Positions 28,166 through 35,490 of a DNA stretch of 41,515 nucleotides are shown piece by piece (within the stretch, counting starts at the first letter, position 1; each line of letters starts with the position of its first letter). A program made the translations under genes and the position numbers. Source of the stretch: an uncultured Eubacteriales bacterium (GTDB lineage Bacteria > Bacillota > Sulfobacillia > Fermentithermobacillales > Fermentithermobacillaceae); NCBI GenBank assembly GCA_964602455.1, contig CAZRRG010000006.1, forward strand, positions 1 through 41,515, read 5' to 3'. Under the pieces are notes generated by a model that saw only the letters and a program-made list of their open reading frames with translations, searched no databases and was not told the origin of the DNA.

Positions 28166-28549
28166 GTGGAAGAGGAGAGAGTAAGGATCCTGGCGATGGT
28201 CAAGGAGGGCAAGATCTCTCCGGAAGAGGGCATCAAGTTGCTGGAGGCCCTCGAGACCAGCAAGGAAGATGAGGTTGAATCTCCCCAGACTAAGGCGAAG
28301 TGGTTCCGGGTCCGGGTCACCGACCTGAAGACCAACAAGCCGAAGGTCACGGTTAACCTGCCCTTTGGGCTCGTTGACTGGGCGCTCCGCACCGGAAGCA
28401 AGGTTGCCGCCTTCGGCGGAGTCGATCTGAACGGTATGGGGGTAAACCTCGAGGAACTCCGCGCCGCCATTAACTTCGGCCTTCGGGGCAAGATAATCGA
28501 TGTGACCGATGAAGAGAGCGGGGATCACGTCGAGATCGTGGTCGAATAG
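28166..28549 (+). CDS. Small protein (127 aa) sharing the N-terminal helical motif of the upstream gene
   Basis: GTG follows GAAGGAG. The N terminus is EEERVRILAMVKEGKISPEEGIKLLEAL. Confidence 0.7.
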   Translation: MEEERVRILAMVKEGKISPEEGIKLLEALETSKEDEVESPQTKAKWFRVRVTDLKTNKPKVTVNLPFGLVDWALRTGSKVAAFGGVDLNGMGVNLEELRAAINFGLRGKIIDVTDEESGDHVEIVVE

Positions 28550-28587
28550 TTAGGCGGCCAGCGGGTCGCTCGGTCCGGTATCGAATA

Positions 28588-28611
28588 CGGGAGGCTCAGG
28601 AGAGCCTCCCG
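28588..28611. terminator. GC-rich hairpin between convergent genes, overlapping the whiA stop codon
   Basis: CGGGAGGCTC-AGGA-GAGCCTCCCG, a 10-bp perfect stem. Only weak T-rich tracts follow on either strand. Confidence 0.4.
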
Positions 28612-29483
28612 TTGCGTATCTCTTCCGCAATCTGGGCCAACCGGCGAAATCTGTGGTTCACGGCCGATTTCGAGGCAGGGACGCTGAGGGCCTGGCCCAG
28701 TTCCTCCATGGACATGTCGGGGTTCTCCATCCTTAGTCTCGCCAGCTCCCTGAGAGCCGCAGGTAGTGTGGAGAGACCTCTCTCCTCGTCTATAAGCCGG
28801 ATATCCTGTAGCTGCTTCAGTGAGGCTTCGACAGACCTGCTCACGTTGGCCCGGTCCATGTTAACAAGACGCTGCACCGAGCTCTTTAGCGACTTCTGCG
28901 CCCGGACGTTTTCGTAGTCAAGCACCGACTTATTGGCGCCCACTGCAGTGAGAAAGCCGGTGATGTCGTCCCCGTCTTTGAGGTAGACAACCCAATTGGA
29001 GCGCCTCACAACTAGCCCGGCCCTTAGTCCCTCCTTTGATAGGAGGGAGCGCACGAAGAGCGCGTCCTTTCTTGCTGGCAAGGCCATCTCAAGATGGTGA
29101 GTGCGAGTTGGCGATGATACTGAGCCGCGCGCGAGGAACACTCCGCGAAGGTATGCGCGCCTGCAGTCCGGATTGCCCCTGATCCCGTCCACGGATGGCT
29201 CGGCCCCGTCTTCCTGTGCCGGGGGGATCTTGCCCCTTGCCTGACGTCTTCCACGCAACGAAGAGCCGACTACTGTCGGCCTGACCCCCGACCCCTGTTT
29301 CATGAGGTAGAACAGGCGCCGCAGGACAAACGGTTCAGCTGTGAACGTGCCGTCGGACTCCTTGGAGCGGGACGGCAAGAAGCGTCGAAGGGCTGCAGCC
29401 TCCCAATACGCCGCCAAATGGCCGTCTACCAGAACCCGTGCAAGTTCCTCTTTGACTGTGCGTGAGAACGTGTCAAGTTCCAT
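28596..29483 (-). CDS. whiA: Sporulation/cell-division regulator WhiA
   Basis: N terminus is MELDTFSRTVKEELAR. Degenerate LAGLIDADG-like middle region. The C-terminal HTH is MEELGQALSVPASKSAVNHRFRRL. Confidence 0.92.
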   Translation of the reverse strand: MELDTFSRTVKEELARVLVDGHLAAYWEAAALRRFLPSRSKESDGTFTAEPFVLRRLFYLMKQGSGVRPTVVGSSLRGRRQARGKIPPAQEDGAEPSVDGIRGNPDCRRAYLRGVFLARGSVSSPTRTHHLEMALPARKDALFVRSLLSKEGLRAGLVVRRSNWVVYLKDGDDITGFLTAVGANKSVLDYENVRAQKSLKSSVQRLVNMDRANVSRSVEASLKQLQDIRLIDEERGLSTLPAALRELARLRMENPDMSMEELGQALSVPASKSAVNHRFRRLAQIAEEIRNGRLS

Positions 29484-29489
29484 GGGATC

Positions 29490-30482
29490 CTAGGTCCCGT
29501 CTACCACGCTATCCCGGCGAATGTGCCGGGAGCCAGAGGAGGTCACGAACTCCCGTATTGATCGGCCGAGGTTGACCGGGTCATGGCGGGCCAGGTCTCC
29601 TCGAGTGAGGTAGTCGCCGGCCACGGGGATGTATCCTCTAGCGTATAGTGCTCCCTTGTCGACGAGGACCTGGTATCTTCCCTCCAGTGCGTACTTCTCC
29701 GCGATTTCCGACGGGGCGGTCGCGGTGTTAACCAGGACATAATCGAACAGCCTGCCGGCGTGGGCCTCGATCGCTTGGACGTGGTCCAGCGCGCTGAACC
29801 CGTCTGTCTCGCCTGGCTGGGTCATCACGTTACAGACGTACATCTTTGGCGCAGTTGACCTTAGTATGGCTGCCCTTATGCCCGGGACAAGGAGGTTGGG
29901 GATGACCGAGGTGTACAGGCTGCCGGGACCTATGATGATGCCGTCCGCCGCATCGATCTGCTTTACAGCTTCATCCAGAGCCGGAGGGTCGACCGGGTCG
30001 AGGCGAAGGCGCTTTATCCTTTTCTTCGCCAGTGGAATAGCGTACTCTCCCACCACGGTGGTGCCGTCCTCCATGTCGGCGCACAGCCTTACATCGGAGA
30101 GGGTAGCCGGCAGAACCGTTCCGGTTACGGCCAGGATGCGGGACATTGTCCGCACCGCCAGCTGGAAGTCGCCGGTCATCTCGGTCATGGCCGCCAGGAA
30201 CAGGTTCCCGAAGTTGTGGCCCGAAAGCACGCCCTTCTTGAAGCGGTGGTTGAACAAGGCTGCCATATCCGGTTCGGCTTCGGCCAGGGCAAGTATGCAG
30301 TTGCGGATATCGCCCGGGGGGAGCATCCCCATCTCCTTGCGGAGGCGACCAGAACTGCCGCCGTCGTCAGCCACTGTGACGATGGCCGTGAGCTCGCAGC
30401 TCTCCGTCTTCAGCCCGCGGAGGACGCTGGCAAGTCCGGTGCCTCCTCCTACGGCTACGATCCTTGGTCTTTGCTTCCTCAC
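29490..30482 (-). CDS. yvcK: YvcK/GNG family protein (UPF0052, CofD-like)
   Basis: Motifs IVAVGGGTGLASVLRGLK, VTVADDGGSSGRLR and IIIGPGSLYTSVIPNLLV. The GTG start overlaps the rapZ stop codon (GTGA). Confidence 0.92.
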   Translation of the reverse strand: MRKQRPRIVAVGGGTGLASVLRGLKTESCELTAIVTVADDGGSSGRLRKEMGMLPPGDIRNCILALAEAEPDMAALFNHRFKKGVLSGHNFGNLFLAAMTEMTGDFQLAVRTMSRILAVTGTVLPATLSDVRLCADMEDGTTVVGEYAIPLAKKRIKRLRLDPVDPPALDEAVKQIDAADGIIIGPGSLYTSVIPNLLVPGIRAAILRSTAPKMYVCNVMTQPGETDGFSALDHVQAIEAHAGRLFDYVLVNTATAPSEIAEKYALEGRYQVLVDKGALYARGYIPVAGDYLTRGDLARHDPVNLGRSIREFVTSSGSRHIRRDSVVDGT

Positions 30483-31372
30483 TTTTCGAGACCTCCGGAC
30501 TCGCCACGCTCAATATCTCTGTGTTCCACCACAACCGTATGCTCCTTTGACTCCAAGTGAGCCCTAAGCGCTTCGCCTATAGTGACTGAGCGGTGGCGCC
30601 CGCCAGTGCAACCGACGGCAATAGTGAGATGGCTCTTTCCTTCCTCGACGTAATGCGGCAGCAAAAAGTCCACGAACTTAGACATTCTTGAGAAGAAACT
30701 CTTGGTAATGGGTGACTTGCACAGGAACGAGGTCACCCGGGAGTCCAATCCGGACAGGGGCTTCAGCTCGGGTACATAGAACGGGTTGGGCAGGAACCGC
30801 ACATCGAAGACCAGATCGGCGTCAATCGGCAGCCCGTGCTTGAACCCGAAGGTCACGATCGTAATCAGCAGCTTCTGGGACTTCACCGTGCTGGTGAACA
30901 CGCCGACGAGCTGTTTTCGCAGCTCTGCAGGCGTAAGGTTAGAGGTATCGATGATGATGCTCGCCTGTCCTCTAAGATCGGCCAGGATCGCTCGCTCTTC
31001 GTGGATCCCCTCGAGAATGCTTCCCTGAGGAGAGAGAGGATGCCGGCGCCGCGTTTCCTTGTAGCGCCTGACCAGCGTATCATCATCGGCCTCAAGGAAC
31101 AGCACCACAGGCTTCGTACCGTTCTCCATAATCGACGCCAGGGCCGAGGAAAGATCCTCGAAGAACTCCCTGCCGCGGACGTCTACCCCCAAGGCGATCC
31201 TGGAGATCGGCTCCCGCAGGCCCATGCAGAGGTCGATGAAGGTGGCAATGAGCGCGGGAGGGAGGTTGTCCACGCAGAAGTAACCAAGATCCTCAAGCGT
31301 CTTTAGCGCCTGTGATTTGCCGGCGCCGGAGACTCCTGTAACGATAACAATGTCCTGGCCGGTGCTCTCCAC
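30479..31372 (-). CDS. rapZ: RNase adapter / nucleotide-binding protein RapZ (YvcJ)
   Basis: P-loop VIVTGVSGAGKS, FCVDNLP, and the C-terminal CTGGRHRSV motif. Confidence 0.93.
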   Translation of the reverse strand: MESTGQDIVIVTGVSGAGKSQALKTLEDLGYFCVDNLPPALIATFIDLCMGLREPISRIALGVDVRGREFFEDLSSALASIMENGTKPVVLFLEADDDTLVRRYKETRRRHPLSPQGSILEGIHEERAILADLRGQASIIIDTSNLTPAELRKQLVGVFTSTVKSQKLLITIVTFGFKHGLPIDADLVFDVRFLPNPFYVPELKPLSGLDSRVTSFLCKSPITKSFFSRMSKFVDFLLPHYVEEGKSHLTIAVGCTGGRHRSVTIGEALRAHLESKEHTVVVEHRDIERGESGGLEK

Positions 31373-31390
31373 TGCCCGCGCCCCCCATCG

Positions 31391-32209
31391 TCAGTCTTCC
31401 GGGCGCACCCCCAGTGACTCCCACAAGCCTTTCTGAAGGTCGGGCTTACGGAGGAACGACAGGTCCGCGCCGGCTTTCCACGCCGAGTACATGCTCTCCC
31501 CGCGCCTCAGGCCCAGTTCGGGATAGTCCGACTTGGTCCAAAGCCTTGGTTTGGGATGTGACCCGTAGCTGTCGTTCGGCATGAAAATGCTCTCGCCTTT
31601 GTATTCAACGTCATAGAAAGCCAGACCTTTTCGCAGCCTGACAGGGTCATAGACCGACTGGAACTCTGACGCGATGAAGTTCGCCATGACAAGGGGCTCA
31701 TCGCCCGGATTGGTCGTGACATGACCGTAAAACGGAGGGATCAAGAGAATGTCCCCCGCCGAGAAATCCGCCACCACGAAGTCGGAGACTTCGCCCGAAA
31801 TCTCGCCGCCCTTCTGCAGCAGGAAGTGGGCTCTGCCCTTCAGCACCTGGTAGATCTCGGGATAGGTCCAAGGTTGTCCCGGCACACGCGGATGATAGTG
31901 GCCGACCGTCTTTACGTACTCGGAGCCAATGGTGCCTGGGAAAATGACCGTCATGTCGTAACGGATGCCCTGGCTCTCCATCGTCCACCGGTCCTTCTCA
32001 AAGCCAGTCCCCCGGTACATCGCGTAAAGCACCGAAGGGCCTTCCTCTCCAGGGTAAAGGAGCACCGGAGACGCGTCCTCCAACCTGCGGAGAGAGGCCT
32101 CCGGCGCCATAACGCCCGGGCCAAACCGCAGCGATCCGTCTTCATCAAGCGAGACAGGGAAACCGGCCAGGTCCGCAATGGATGCCGGCGCAACAGAGTT
32201 GTCTGCCAA
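31391..32209 (-). CDS. Cupin-type (archaeal-type) glucose-6-phosphate isomerase family protein
   Basis: Cupin metal motif TVGHYHPRVPGQPWTYPEIYQVLKG, followed by PPFYGHVTTN. This resembles the TxGHxH..E.Y / GH signature of cPGI (family named from memory). TTG start. The gene ends 18 nt upstream of rapZ. Confidence 0.7.
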   Translation of the reverse strand: MADNSVAPASIADLAGFPVSLDEDGSLRFGPGVMAPEASLRRLEDASPVLLYPGEEGPSVLYAMYRGTGFEKDRWTMESQGIRYDMTVIFPGTIGSEYVKTVGHYHPRVPGQPWTYPEIYQVLKGRAHFLLQKGGEISGEVSDFVVADFSAGDILLIPPFYGHVTTNPGDEPLVMANFIASEFQSVYDPVRLRKGLAFYDVEYKGESIFMPNDSYGSHPKPRLWTKSDYPELGLRRGESMYSAWKAGADLSFLRKPDLQKGLWESLGVRPED

Positions 32210-32267
32210 TGAGAGTCACCCGCTTTCCAAACGCTTGTCATCACAGCAATCAGTAGCAGAATATCAC

Positions 32268-32358
32268 CTGGCAAAGCGCGTGATGCTCGAACTCGCTCGC
32301 AAATGGGCACGCGCTTTGCTCGCGATGCGGCAAGGGCGCCGCGCTATCGCTCTGGCAA
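32268..32358 (-). repeat. REP-like structured element, full copy C (reverse orientation)
   Basis: The reverse complement aligns with 775-863: CAGAGCGATAGCGCGGCGC..., then the stem GCAAAGCGCGTG / CACGCGCTTTGC (32271-32282 / 32308-32319). It begins 4 nt downstream of the minus-strand stop codon at 32362-32364. Confidence 0.8.
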
Positions 32359-32361
32359 TGC

Positions 32362-32919
32362 CTAAGCTTTCGTGTGCAGGGGCTTGCAGATCAGCTCCAG
32401 GACCTCTGTGTCGAACACGGTCTTGGAGTGCGAGGGCACAATGACCAGCGCCGTGTCGGCGCCTCCACCCGAGCCCCCAACCGAGATGACCGGTTTTCCG
32501 TAGGGGATCAGGCCGGCGTCAAGCGCCATGACTGCTATCTCGACAGCCACTTTGGTTCCTTGCGAGAACATGCGCAGCGCCGCAGACATAACCCCACCAG
32601 TATACAGGCCGCCTTGCTGTTGGGTGACTGCCCTTTCCACGTTCCCGAAGAGGTGCGTAGTTGTCAGGACTTCTGCGCCGGCCTGCTTGAGCTCGCTGCG
32701 GGCCGCGGGACCCATCTCGTCCATGCCGGGCTCTTTGAAGCCGACCTGGTGGGTAACGCAGACGACCTTCAGTCCTTTGCCCAGGAAATGCCGGGCGGTG
32801 AATCCGGTGTTGGAAGCGACCACGACATGGTCGATCCCGAGTTCCTTTGCTCTCTCGATCGCCAGGCGCGCCGTTTCCGCAGTATTCTCCCTGCCACGCT
32901 TGTCAAAGTACACTGTCAC
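32362..32919 (-). CDS. Pyruvate kinase C-terminal (alpha/beta) domain-like protein
   Basis: GTG follows AGGAGGG (8-nt spacing). Sequence: MTVYFDKRGRENTAETARLAIERAKELGIDHVVVASNTGFTA ... ISVGGSGGGADTALV. Family assignment is from memory. Confidence 0.65.
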   Translation of the reverse strand: MTVYFDKRGRENTAETARLAIERAKELGIDHVVVASNTGFTARHFLGKGLKVVCVTHQVGFKEPGMDEMGPAARSELKQAGAEVLTTTHLFGNVERAVTQQQGGLYTGGVMSAALRMFSQGTKVAVEIAVMALDAGLIPYGKPVISVGGSGGGADTALVIVPSHSKTVFDTEVLELICKPLHTKA

Positions 32920-32965
32920 GAGAGATCCCTCCTGGGTCTTAAGTGGTTGTCTCTACCAGCATATC

Positions 32966-34912
32966 CTATCCGGGCTTCGACTCAAGCCCGGTTCTGGGCT
33001 GAAGAAGCGCTCGCTCGCGGTGAAGCTCGCGGACGTCCCAATGGCGTTTCTCGTAGATCTGGAAGGCCCTGCGTTCCATGAATGCCGCCTGCTGCGGGTC
33101 GCCTATCTCGTTGTACATGTCCGATAACCACAGCGCTGCAAGCGCTAACTCCCGTTCCGCCTCTTCCCGCTGGAAGATGTCAACGGCCCTGCGGCCGTGC
33201 TCTATGGCCTGGCCCTGCCTGCTGTGGGCGCGGCTCAAGCACCCGCGGATAAGGCTTACCCATCCCTTCTCAAGGGCGGACTTCTCCTCCAAGAGCGGCT
33301 CGGCCGCGCTGATCATACGTGTGGTCTCTTCGTATTCACCTTCTCGGAGCGCGGCTTTGGCCAACTCGATGCTTGCATAGGCTGAGTAGAGCTTCATATC
33401 GAGCTCCCAGTATCCATCGCGGGCCATAGCCAGGTACTCTTTTGCCGCCTTCTGGTTGTCCTCGCGGTACATGAGTTTGCCTATGTTCACCCACACCAAC
33501 ACCAGGTGGCGCTTGGAGCCTTCTGATTTGGCAAGCGCGTCTTCAAAGTGGGTTCTGGCGGCTTTCCAGTTCCTGCGGCGGAGCTCGATGAGACCCATCC
33601 CAATAGGTATCATCATGTTCAGGGTGCCCAGGTCCTGCCCGCTTCTTCCGGCAGCCCAGCGGCGTGCTTGGCGAATCGTGTTTTCGGCTTCGTCCAGTCT
33701 CTCCGCCTCAAGAAGCGTGGAGATCAGGTTTCCCAGAAGGTTTCCGTGGTTGACGTCGTCAAGCTCAGTCACTTTGAGTCCCCTGCGGTACCAGTCGATC
33801 GCCGCATCCGGATCGTGTTGGCCCAACATGTATCCCATCATGATGCAGACGTAACCCACTGAACGCGGTTTCCCCATCTCCTGGATGATCCTGCAGGCGT
33901 AACTGCCAAACTCATTGGCCGCATCGAAGTCTCCCGCAGCTCCCAGGCACTTCGCCGCTTCCGCCAGACAGTTGCTCCGGCGCGTTGGCTCATCGAGGAT
34001 AGCTGACATAATGGACGCCCTGTGCCAGGTCTCGGCAGCATCTTTCCACAACCCTAGGGACTCCAGTAGCCTAGCGGCCTTTTCTAGATGCTCAAGGGCC
34101 TCCCTATTCTTGCCCGCGTGTATCAGGTGCTCAGCAACACGCTTCTCGAAGAAAGGTCCTTCATCGGGTAGCGCGACCATTGCAGAAGCGAGTGTCGCAT
34201 GGAGGTCCCGAAGCTTAGCCAGAGTGAATACGGATGAGACTTGCATGGAGACTCCGTGTACACTCGTCCGCTGGACTCCGGCGTCGTCCCTGACGATTAC
34301 AAGAGACCTGGCTACCAGTTTATCCGTCATTAGGTCAAACTCGGTCCTCTCAAGGGTAGACGCTGCCCTGACCCAGTCCAACCGGGCATCATCACCAGCC
34401 AGAACATACAGGGCCAGAAGGGCCATCTCATGCTCCGAGAGGGGCTCCTCCGCGTGTGTTCGCCGGACGTCCGGCCTGCCGGACCTAGCCATGTCAGACA
34501 GCACTGTTTGCAGGAATGCCCTAACGACACGGGACTCCCTGTCACTGAGGCTGGATAGGGCAACATAGAAGGACGGGCGCGCATGGTGCAAGTTGGTTGC
34601 GGATAGGAATGTTTCAACGAGCCGCGCAGTTTCTTTCCGGTCAGGATCCTCGATGAAAACCGGCGCTTGCTCGCTTGCCACTGAAGCTCCCAGATCCTCT
34701 GAGTACAAATGGGAGAGGCTGAGGTTCAAGTATGATGCTATGCGGTCCTTGTACTCGTCATTGAGGTTCTTCCGAGTGCCGTTCAGCACAAGTGATAGAT
34801 AGGACTCCGATAGCCCGATCCTCTCGGCTAGGTCTTTGATGCGGATGTTCCGCTGTGCAAGTATGGTCTTTACGTTCCGGCAGAAGACCTCGACTGAAGC
34901 CACGGAACCCAC
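32966..34912 (-). CDS. XRE-family HTH transcriptional regulator with a central winged-helix-like segment and a long C-terminal TPR region (648 aa)
   Basis: The N-terminal HTH is KTILAQRNIRIKDLAERIGLSESYLSLVLNGTRKN. The C-terminal ~350 aa consist of TPR-like helix pairs (ALEHLEKAARLLESLGLWKDAAETWHRAS, AIDWYRRGLKV, ARTHFEDALAKSE and others). No P-loop was seen. Confidence 0.85.
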   Translation of the reverse strand: MGSVASVEVFCRNVKTILAQRNIRIKDLAERIGLSESYLSLVLNGTRKNLNDEYKDRIASYLNLSLSHLYSEDLGASVASEQAPVFIEDPDRKETARLVETFLSATNLHHARPSFYVALSSLSDRESRVVRAFLQTVLSDMARSGRPDVRRTHAEEPLSEHEMALLALYVLAGDDARLDWVRAASTLERTEFDLMTDKLVARSLVIVRDDAGVQRTSVHGVSMQVSSVFTLAKLRDLHATLASAMVALPDEGPFFEKRVAEHLIHAGKNREALEHLEKAARLLESLGLWKDAAETWHRASIMSAILDEPTRRSNCLAEAAKCLGAAGDFDAANEFGSYACRIIQEMGKPRSVGYVCIMMGYMLGQHDPDAAIDWYRRGLKVTELDDVNHGNLLGNLISTLLEAERLDEAENTIRQARRWAAGRSGQDLGTLNMMIPIGMGLIELRRRNWKAARTHFEDALAKSEGSKRHLVLVWVNIGKLMYREDNQKAAKEYLAMARDGYWELDMKLYSAYASIELAKAALREGEYEETTRMISAAEPLLEEKSALEKGWVSLIRGCLSRAHSRQGQAIEHGRRAVDIFQREEAERELALAALWLSDMYNEIGDPQQAAFMERRAFQIYEKRHWDVRELHRERALLQPRTGLESKPG

Positions 34913-34926
34913 CTTGGCCTTTCCGG

Positions 34927-34965
34927 CAAAAGAAAAACGCCGGGAGCTTTACTTCGCTCCCGGCC
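34927..34965 (-). terminator. Intrinsic terminator between the small peptide gene and the regulator
   Basis: Minus-strand RNA: GCCGGGAGC-GAAGUAAA-GCUCCCGGC, followed by G-UUUUUCUUUU. Confidence 0.75.
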
Positions 34966-34977
34966 TCGGAATACCTG

Positions 34978-35196
34978 TTAGCCTCTGCCGATGCTGTTGT
35001 TGACCGGCGGCCAAATGGTAGGTGGAACGTCACCAGGTCCTGCGATGACCGGAGAAGTGCTGTTGTTGACTGGCGGCCACACCGTGGGCGGAACATCGCC
35101 CGGGCCGGCGAGCGCCGGACCAATGACGTCAACAACAATGGCTCCGAACCCAAACAGGAACGCTACGACGAGAAGCAACGCGACCAACTTCTTCAC
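34978..35196 (-). CDS. Small exported pre-peptide (72 aa) with two tandem copies of GPGDVPPT[VI]WPPVNNS
   Basis: GTG at 35196 lies 6 nt after GGGAGGTG; the ORF-track start at 35205 overlaps that RBS. The peptide has a KK n-region, an LVALLLVVAFLFGFGAIVV h-region and a GPALA (AxA-like) c-region. The two 20-codon repeats (35059-35118 and 34993-35052) differ by 9 synonymous and 3 conservative changes. Confidence 0.75.
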   Translation of the reverse strand: MKKLVALLLVVAFLFGFGAIVVDVIGPALAGPGDVPPTVWPPVNNSTSPVIAGPGDVPPTIWPPVNNSIGRG

Positions 35197-35269
35197 TCTC
35201 GGCACCTCCCACTATTCTGGTAGAAATGAGGGTTTGGACAACGCAGTCTGTATATGTCGAGGGCTCCCT

Positions 35270-35299
35270 AAAAAAGGGGGGCAGCATCCCTGCTGCCCC
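35270..35299 (-). terminator. Intrinsic terminator on the minus strand, upstream of the peptide gene
   Basis: Minus-strand RNA: GGGGCAGCA-GGGA-UGCUGCCCC, then CC-UUUUUU (9-bp stem at 35278-35286 / 35291-35299, A run at 35270-35275 on the plus strand). Confidence 0.75.
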
Positions 35300-35424
35300 T
35301 GAAGGTGATACCGGCTGAGCACTCGCGCGTTGTTTGGGCACGACAGGATTCTGGCGACTAATGGCCGATTCCTGTGGGAAGGCCTAGCGGATAGACCCAA
35401 TAATTGGGTGCAGCGAGTGGCGGT

Positions 35425-35490
35425 TTATCTCACAGCAAACTGAAACAGGCCTAATCGGAGAAATCCGCATATCGGTTTGCTGAGAGATAA
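35425..35490. other. Long imperfect hairpin in an ORF-free region (strand unresolved)
   Basis: TTATCTCACAGCAAAC (35425-35440) pairs with GTTTGCTGAGAGATAA (35475-35490), 15 of 16 positions, and extends about 2 bp further inward. The ~28-nt loop contains a small CGGAGAAATCCG hairpin. Confidence 0.6.

Noticed and set aside
35129-35400. 70-aa and 62-aa minus-strand ORFs upstream of and overlapping the small peptide gene
   Set aside because: Neither has an RBS. One runs through the terminator hairpin and overlaps the better-supported peptide frame. Their composition is not protein-like.
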